Shown: positions 57,993 through 64,000 of the stretch, one piece after another | How the letters are laid out: the number at the start of each line of letters is the position of its first letter | Position numbering within the stretch: position 1 is the stretch's first letter | DNA from: Candidatus Thorarchaeota archaeon | GTDB lineage: Archaea; Asgardarchaeota; Thorarchaeia; Thorarchaeales; Thorarchaeaceae | Reading direction: 5' to 3' | DNA: 64,000 bases | Assembly (NCBI GenBank): GCA_019894665.1 | Contig: JAGXOC010000004.1 | Coordinates: 5,261 to 69,260 of the forward strand | Notes under the pieces: model-generated | The model's input: only the letters and a program-made list of their open reading frames with translations | Databases searched by the model: none | What the model was told of the DNA's origin: nothing | Program-made: the position numbers and the translations under genes

Positions 57993-58526
57993 GTGTCCTG
58001 GGACGACCGAGATGACGAAACCCGGAAAAAACTCCGGCGCTGGTTTGGCGATTTCCTACCAGAGGAGATGTTCCGTCAAATCGAAGAGATGATGGATCGA
58101 ATGATGAGTGAGATGAAAGAAGGCACGCAATTTGATAGTGAGGCCTTCGAAGAGATGGTCAGAAACCCTGAGGGGACCAGTCCATTCGTATTCGGATTCT
58201 CAATGAAAGCCGGCCCAGACGGTAAGCCCATTATCCAACGCTTTGGAAACCCACCAGTGGATGAAGGTGCTGAATCAGCTCATAGCTTGGAACCTCTAGT
58301 GGATGTTGTCGAAGAAAATGACGAGATAATCGTTGTTGCAGAGGTGCCAGGTGTGGAAAAAGATGAGATAAAGGTACGAATCAAAGGTACATCCCTTACA
58401 ATTCATGCAGACAACCCCGAAAGGCCATATCACACGGTCATTGACCTTCCGTCCGAAGTGCGGAAAGAAGATGCGAAATCGGCGATTCGTAATGGCGTAC
58501 TGGAGGTGCGCCTCAAAAAAGCATAG
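57993..58526 (+). CDS. Hsp20/alpha-crystallin-domain small heat-shock protein (inserted in the r-protein operon)
   Basis: ACD motifs PLVDVVEENDEIIVVAEVPGVEKDEIKVRIKGTSLTIHAD...NGVLEVRLKK. Confidence 0.8.
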   Translation: MSWDDRDDETRKKLRRWFGDFLPEEMFRQIEEMMDRMMSEMKEGTQFDSEAFEEMVRNPEGTSPFVFGFSMKAGPDGKPIIQRFGNPPVDEGAESAHSLEPLVDVVEENDEIIVVAEVPGVEKDEIKVRIKGTSLTIHADNPERPYHTVIDLPSEVRKEDAKSAIRNGVLEVRLKKA

Positions 58527-58541
58527 AAAGGAGATTTTGAA

Positions 58542-58991
58542 ATGCAGAAACGAAAATCAAAGAAGATCAACAAGATGAGAGGTCGCCGAGCAGCAGGATA
58601 TGGCTTCAGCGCGGGTCATCGAGCTTCTGGACAAAGAGGCGGTAAAGGAATGGCCGGGTCCAAAAAGCATCATTACATCAAGGTGATGCAGGAAAACCCC
58701 AGATATTTCGGAAAGTGGGGCTTTAAGAGACCACAGAAGGTCATTGATCACCTCGTTACTCTCAATATTGGGGATATTGATGAAGCTGCAGATAGGCTTG
58801 TTGAGCGGGGTGCAGCCACAATGACCGGTAAGAGATACAACATTGATATATCCAAAATCGGAATTGATAGAATCCTAGGTTCTGGAAAAGTAACCCGAAA
58901 GTTGAATCTAGTTGGCGTGAAAGCTATTACTCCAAGAGCCAGGGAGAAAGTCACTGGTATCGGAGGCACTATCGACCTTCCTGAGGAATAA
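58542..58991 (+). CDS. rpl15: 50S ribosomal protein L15 (uL15)
   Basis: RGRRAAGYGFSAGHRASGQRGGKGMAGSKKHH. Confidence 0.9.
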   Translation: MQKRKSKKINKMRGRRAAGYGFSAGHRASGQRGGKGMAGSKKHHYIKVMQENPRYFGKWGFKRPQKVIDHLVTLNIGDIDEAADRLVERGAATMTGKRYNIDISKIGIDRILGSGKVTRKLNLVGVKAITPRAREKVTGIGGTIDLPEE

Positions 58992-59068
58992 TTCCTCTGA
59001 AGGAGAACAATAGCTTTAAAGGGATAGTCCAACTCGACCCAAAAAAACCCTGCAGGAGTCAAATGTGA

Positions 59069-60592
59069 ATGACCAGTACGTTCCTCAGAGCATTATCACC
59101 ATTCGTACGGATAATGCCAGAAGTCAAAGCACCTGACAGAGAGGTCTCGTTTCGTGAAAAGTTCGTCTGGACTGCTCTTGTACTCATCATATTCCTCATC
59201 ATGTCACACATGCCACTATATGGTGTGGACCCGGGAGTAGGAACAGACTATCTCTGGGCAATGAGAGTTATTCTAGCTAGTACCCGTGGTACATTGATGG
59301 AGCTTGGAATCGGTCCTATTGTCACTGCAGGTCTGGTCATGCAGCTACTTTCAGGCTCAAAGATCATCAACGTAGACTTTGGAGACCCAGAAGATAGAGC
59401 TCTGTTCACTGGTGGTCAGAAAGTCATCGCTCTGTTCATGACTGCATTCCAAGCAATCGCCTATATCTTCGGGCAAGCCTATGGTGACTTGGGTCCCACC
59501 GAAATTGTTCTTGTCTTCGCTCAGTTGTTCATGTCTGGAATCATCGTTATCCTCATGGATGAACTGGTCCAGAAGGGATGGGGTCTTGGATCTGGTGTAT
59601 CGCTCTTCATCATGACCAATGTTGCAGGTCAAGTAATGTACAATATGTTGAACTTCATTGACCTAGAAGCTGCTTCACCACTTGGTTACATGGACGGCAC
59701 AGAAGCTACTCCGATTCCAACAAACCTGCCAAAGGGAATCATTGCTGCTTTAGTAGGCAATATGATGAGAGCGTTTGGAATTGGTGGTGGAACAGACGAA
59801 GTTGTAGAGCTAGGTTGGTTCTTGGTCAGAAACGGGTATGACCCGAGTATACTGTCATTAATAGTCACGTTCATCATATTCGGTGCAGTGATATGGTTGG
59901 AGTCTGTCCGAGTGGAGATTCCATTACAATATGCGAAATATCGAGGGATGAAGGCACGGTATCCAATCAAACTCCTTTATACTTCAAACATACCAGTCAT
60001 CTTGGCCCAAGCACTTTATGCTAACATCCTGTTCTTTGGGCAGATAATCGCGGGAGCTTTCAACCCGGACAATAATAATCCATTTCTGAGTTTGATAGGC
60101 GAGTTCACGCGGGAAGAATCATCGGGGCGGATGATTGCAACTGGTGGATTAGCCAAATATATCACGCCGCCGCAAGGCGTATTTCGGCTCATAGAGGAGG
60201 GTATGGAGGGATGGGTGCATATCTTCATTTATGCGTCCCTCATGGTATTGCTCTGTTGGGGCTTCAGTAAGATCTGGGTCGATATTTCGGGCATTGCGCC
60301 AAGAGATGTGTCAAGACAACTGCTCAATTCAGGATATATCATTCCAGGTTTCAGAACCAGTGAGAAAGTCCTCGAAAGACTGCTTGAACGCTACATTCCA
60401 ATAGTAGCAGGACTTGGAGGGTTCTTAATCGGTATACTTGCGGCCACAGCGGATATCATGGGAGCGCTTGCGAGTGGTACGGGTATCTTGCTAATGGTGT
60501 CTATCATCAAACAATACTATGAGCAGATTGCAAAAGAACAACTTGCAGGCATGGGTGGCGAAGGAGTCTCGGGACTCTTAGGTATCCTCTAG
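59069..60592 (+). CDS. secY: Preprotein translocase subunit SecY
   Basis: Ten TM helices; SecY/Sec61alpha pattern; 507 aa. Confidence 0.9.
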   Translation: MTSTFLRALSPFVRIMPEVKAPDREVSFREKFVWTALVLIIFLIMSHMPLYGVDPGVGTDYLWAMRVILASTRGTLMELGIGPIVTAGLVMQLLSGSKIINVDFGDPEDRALFTGGQKVIALFMTAFQAIAYIFGQAYGDLGPTEIVLVFAQLFMSGIIVILMDELVQKGWGLGSGVSLFIMTNVAGQVMYNMLNFIDLEAASPLGYMDGTEATPIPTNLPKGIIAALVGNMMRAFGIGGGTDEVVELGWFLVRNGYDPSILSLIVTFIIFGAVIWLESVRVEIPLQYAKYRGMKARYPIKLLYTSNIPVILAQALYANILFFGQIIAGAFNPDNNNPFLSLIGEFTREESSGRMIATGGLAKYITPPQGVFRLIEEGMEGWVHIFIYASLMVLLCWGFSKIWVDISGIAPRDVSRQLLNSGYIIPGFRTSEKVLERLLERYIPIVAGLGGFLIGILAATADIMGALASGTGILLMVSIIKQYYEQIAKEQLAGMGGEGVSGLLGIL

Positions 60593-60635
60593 TACTGGAA
60601 GTAGATTATAGACTGAAGGGGGTCTTTGGCTCCCT

Positions 60636-62591
60636 TCAGGATCTATTCTTTTTTTGTACGAGTGCAACGATAGCCAGCGCTATGACCCCAATACCTGCAC
60701 CTGCTAAGATATAGATGGTCAAACCCGGGTCCCAAGGAGGTTCTGGAGTCGAAGGTGTTGTAGAGTTTATGGGGGTATCATTTGTGATGTTAGATGTGCT
60801 GATGAAATGCACTAGAGGATCATCAAGTTGAACCAATGAATAGTCATCATAAAGAAGTATGACAGTTGTAGGAGTACCTGTTGAAGATTCAGGGAGGGAG
60901 AGGATAACCTCTGTTGTACCATAGAGCTGAACATCCGTAAACTCTATTGTTTCATCTGTTGTTTCTACTTCAACAGTGAAATTCTGTGTATATCTACGAA
61001 TATGGAAACCTTCGTTGAGGTCCTCAATGACAAGCACAAGACTATTGGAAGAAGAATTGTAGAAGACACTCTGGAAAGAATATTCAGGCAAGTATGCATT
61101 GTCAAACATGGGGACGAAGAACCAATCCAAGTCTCTGTTGAGCTGGTCCTCAAATGCAGTCTGCAAATCAGGGAGGAAAGCAAGTCTGAAACTAAAGCGC
61201 GTAAAGAACAGTCTCAATGAATCGAGATAGTCAGCGGTTCCTATGATTTGACGAAGCTTCTCTAGAACAACTGGAGTTTTATCATAAGCAGTGAAGTAGT
61301 ACGTTGAAGATTCGTCATAGATAGACTGGTTGATCTTTGCAGGATATATCATTCTGACTGAAATGAAATCGAATTCCTTACCAGTCCATCCTAGATTGTA
61401 GAATTCCGAGTAGTAGTAGACCGACCACACGGCGAGTCCTTCGTCTAGAAAACCTACATCAACCTCATCGTTTCCAACTAAATGATACCACCATTGATGA
61501 GCGACCTCATGTGCAATAACAGAGTCCAGGACGTCAGCCGTTATCTCTTCATTCTGATATCGATCATTAATGATGTTCGAGAGATATACTTGACATGGAT
61601 ATTCCATGCCGTAGTAAAATCCAGAGTCTTCCACTATGTTCAGTGTCGTGAATGGATAAGGTCCAAAGGTGTTATTGAAGAGTGACAGTGCTCTGATCCC
61701 CCATGCAAGTCCGTTTGAACTCCAAAGACTGACTGATTCTGGAAGATAGTAGGATGACACATTGACACCGTGATAGATCTGGGATTCAATGATGTAGTAA
61801 CGTGAAGCACAGAATGTGATCTCTCGAACTGGAGCCGATGGAGTGTAGCGATATATAGTACTTGTCGTTCCGACATCAACTCCCATCAGTTCACCCGTGG
61901 CCGCGACTTTCATAGCATTGGGAAGTGTCAGGTTGAAGTCGTAATAGGCCATATCCAAGTAGAATGGATCGCCTGTGTCCAAGTATGGGTCAGTGTTCCA
62001 ACCATCGTATTCATCGTAGACACAGGGGATAGGATACGCACTAGCAAACTCGTACATTTTTGAGCTATCTATGTCTGTTCCACTGACACCTGCTCGGTCA
62101 GATGAATCAGTTGGAAGGACTGATTCAAAGACTATCTCAAGGATTATAGAAGTATTTGGCTGCAAATCATCGATCAAGTGAATCCACATGAGTTGATCAA
62201 CTGAATAGACATCGAATGTTAATGGAACAGGGCTTGGTGTAAGAGCACTCACATTTAGGATCTCGATATACCCAAGCCGATCACCTGCAAGCATTCCTGA
62301 GAGGTATAGATGAAAGGGAATGCTTGAGAAAACCACCGGATCAGAATTATAGAAATCGATTGTTAAATTCCCGGGGACAGTTGCATCCGTTTCATTGAGG
62401 TACAGAGAGAGATCCAGAGAGGAGAGATTCATCTCCTCAAAATTCTCTGATAGAATCAAGTCCGCGTCTTGGAGAGGTGTTGCAATGATCTCATTTTCTG
62501 AAAAGTCATTCATCTGAAATGGAGATGTCTGAGAAAGCATAGAAAACCCAAGAACCAGCATAATGAGAATTGCGAATCGATAGCCCTTCAA
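60636..62591 (-). CDS. Cell-surface gluzincin metallopeptidase (M1-like, HExxH-x18-E) with signal peptide and C-terminal TM anchor
   Basis: VIAHEVAHQWWYHLVGNDEVDVGFLDEGLAVW; N-terminal signal; C-terminal ILAGAGIGVIALAIVALV-KKNRS. Confidence 0.7.
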   Translation of the reverse strand: MKGYRFAILIMLVLGFSMLSQTSPFQMNDFSENEIIATPLQDADLILSENFEEMNLSSLDLSLYLNETDATVPGNLTIDFYNSDPVVFSSIPFHLYLSGMLAGDRLGYIEILNVSALTPSPVPLTFDVYSVDQLMWIHLIDDLQPNTSIILEIVFESVLPTDSSDRAGVSGTDIDSSKMYEFASAYPIPCVYDEYDGWNTDPYLDTGDPFYLDMAYYDFNLTLPNAMKVAATGELMGVDVGTTSTIYRYTPSAPVREITFCASRYYIIESQIYHGVNVSSYYLPESVSLWSSNGLAWGIRALSLFNNTFGPYPFTTLNIVEDSGFYYGMEYPCQVYLSNIINDRYQNEEITADVLDSVIAHEVAHQWWYHLVGNDEVDVGFLDEGLAVWSVYYYSEFYNLGWTGKEFDFISVRMIYPAKINQSIYDESSTYYFTAYDKTPVVLEKLRQIIGTADYLDSLRLFFTRFSFRLAFLPDLQTAFEDQLNRDLDWFFVPMFDNAYLPEYSFQSVFYNSSSNSLVLVIEDLNEGFHIRRYTQNFTVEVETTDETIEFTDVQLYGTTEVILSLPESSTGTPTTVILLYDDYSLVQLDDPLVHFISTSNITNDTPINSTTPSTPEPPWDPGLTIYILAGAGIGVIALAIVALVQKKNRS

Positions 62592-62657
62592 TACTGCTCA
62601 CATCCAAGATAACTTGAGATAAAATGTCATAAGCCTTTGTGAAAAAGCAAGCCTTGA

Positions 62658-63653
62658 ATGAGTAAGGAGCAAACATTCATGGACGGTTGGAAAAGCAATC
62701 TGAGATATGACCCGATTCCATTACTTGGGTCATCCTCCAACGAAGCAATAAGATTCCATGTTTCGCGGGACATACTTGATGAACCCCTAGAACAAGTGAA
62801 CCATCTGTGGGAAATGAAACAAGCGAAAAAAATGCTCAATAAACAACAGGAAGATGGTTCATGGCGCTATCCAAATCCGAAACTGGAAATTAGATCTCTC
62901 AAAGGATATAACCAAGTTGAAACCTTCAGAATTCTTGCCATCCTGATTGAGAAATATCTCCTAAACAGAGAGCATCCAGCAATTGAGAAGGTAGCCGAGT
63001 TCTTGTTTGGATGTCAGACCAAAGAGGGTGATTTTCGAGGCATATATTGGAATCAATACACACCCAACTATTCGGCGTCATTCATGGAGCTGCTCATCAA
63101 AGCTGGTTATCAAGACGACAAACGGATTAAACTAGGACTCGATTGGTTACTTTCAATTCGTCAAGATGATGGAGGATGGTTAATTCCCTTTAGAACTGCA
63201 AATCTCAGACTTAATGAAGCGATGGCTCGTCCAGACCCAGTCCAACCAGATAGGAGTAAGCCATTCTCACATATGGCAACTGGTGTTGTCCTCCGAGCCT
63301 TTGCCGCTCACCCGAAGTATCATGAGAGGCCAGAGGTGCAGAAGGTAGGTGAGCTACTGGCATCCCGCATCTTCAAAGCTGATAGATATACAGACAGGAA
63401 AGCTCCTGAATTTTGGACCCGATTTTCATTCCCCTTCTGGTTCACCGACCTTCTTTCAACTCTCGACACACTTTCAAAATTGGGGCTATCTGTAGAACAA
63501 CCACAGATTCGCGAAGGAATAGATTGGTTCATCGAACATCAGAAAAAGGATGGTCTCTGGAAACTCAAACTTGTGCGAGGTACTAGTGACAAAAGTCAGA
63601 ACCTGTGGGTCAATCAAGTTATTTGTAGGACCTTGAAACGTCTGCTTACATAG
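62658..63653 (+). CDS. Prenyltransferase/squalene-cyclase-like alpha-alpha-toroid repeat protein
   Basis: Repeated QxDGSW / DGGW / DGLW PFTB-type motifs. Confidence 0.5.
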   Translation: MSKEQTFMDGWKSNLRYDPIPLLGSSSNEAIRFHVSRDILDEPLEQVNHLWEMKQAKKMLNKQQEDGSWRYPNPKLEIRSLKGYNQVETFRILAILIEKYLLNREHPAIEKVAEFLFGCQTKEGDFRGIYWNQYTPNYSASFMELLIKAGYQDDKRIKLGLDWLLSIRQDDGGWLIPFRTANLRLNEAMARPDPVQPDRSKPFSHMATGVVLRAFAAHPKYHERPEVQKVGELLASRIFKADRYTDRKAPEFWTRFSFPFWFTDLLSTLDTLSKLGLSVEQPQIREGIDWFIEHQKKDGLWKLKLVRGTSDKSQNLWVNQVICRTLKRLLT

Positions 63654-63741
63654 GATATACAAACGAGCTCAAGTGTACAGAAGGAATTATAACAGGTCCA
63701 TCTAACCAAGCGCCTAATCTTCACAAGACGGTGAATCAACC

Positions 63742-64000
63742 ATGACTGAGTCGCGAAATGTCGTTATTGTAACAGGCATTCCAGGAGTCGGAAAAACTAC
63801 CGTTATCAACACCGCTGTTGAACAGGTCAAAGAGAGACACGGTGAGGACGTTCTCATTCTTACATTCGGGACAGAAATGTTCGAGGTTGCATCAAAGGCG
63901 GGTCACGTGAAGGACCGCGATGAGTTGCGGAAAATGCCTACTTCTCTTCAACGAGAGACCCAGAGACAAGCCGGAGCTGCCATTGCAGAGAAGTCGAAGT
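63742..64000 (+). CDS. adkA: Adenylate kinase, archaeal type (3'-truncated by the window end)
   Basis: VIVTGIPGVGKTTV P-loop and archaeal AdkA pattern. Its position after secY is conserved in archaea. Confidence 0.8.
   Translation, partial: MTESRNVVIVTGIPGVGKTTVINTAVEQVKERHGEDVLILTFGTEMFEVASKAGHVKDRDELRKMPTSLQRETQRQAGAAIAEKSK

Noticed and set aside
1-64000. CRISPR arrays, IS elements, integrases or defence-island genes
   Set aside because: No regularly spaced short direct repeats were seen, and no transposase, integrase, large ATPase or nuclease signature suggestive of a defence system was found. The window is dominated by housekeeping genes.

Overview
The window is a 64-kb archaeal chromosomal segment with about 45% GC and no rRNA, CRISPR array or obvious mobile element. 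Lys/Ala/Pro-rich and acidic tails, eukaryote-like Get3/TRC40 with a CxxC motif, a Roadblock/LC7 protein, two TFB paralogues and a tRNA-splicing endonuclease point to an Asgard-like or other uncultivated archaeon; this is inference from gene content only. Content is mostly housekeeping and energy metabolism. (i) 1-11 kb: two tungsten/molybdenum AOR-family aldehyde:ferredoxin oxidoreductases, one truncated by the window start, with a polyferredoxin, a ClC channel, a PreA-like dihydropyrimidine-dehydrogenase subunit, a cyclic amidohydrolase (dihydropyrimidinase/hydantoinase-like), a MoaD/SAMP-like beta-grasp protein ending in GGG, a PfkB kinase and an M24 peptidase. (ii) Leucyl-tRNA synthetase, a beta-helix surface protein, TFB, NapH-like polyferredoxin, a ModE-like regulator, EndA, UppP, Get3/ArsA, a TRAM-domain radical SAM enzyme, aSUI1, a second TFB, MetAP, Roadblock and GGGP synthase. 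(iii) 39-45 kb: an HdrA-MvhD fusion with a K-rich tail followed by hdrC and hdrB, then an HdrA N-terminal-like mini-ORF that overlaps the hdrB stop and carries two in-frame TGA codons, then MobA and HypD. (iv) 49-64 kb: the archaeal ribosomal-protein cluster L22-S3-L29-Rnp1-S17-L14-L24-S4e-L5-S14-S8-L6-L32e-L19e-L18-S5-L30-[Hsp20]-L15-SecY, then an M1-like surface peptidase, a prenyltransferase-repeat protein and adenylate kinase. The most notable observations are the TGA-containing HdrA-like fragment coupled to hdrCB (remnant or selenoprotein recoding), the sHSP inserted inside the ribosomal operon, L32e fused to an N-terminal HhH domain, a radical SAM enzyme with a Cys-rich insertion in its cluster loop, an AOR-linked pyrimidine-reductive-catabolism-like module, a 39-bp perfect tandem duplication, a gene 3'-end duplicate, a tRNA-like element, and an uncharacterised zinc-ribbon/coiled-coil/Cys-rich three-gene operon beside endA.
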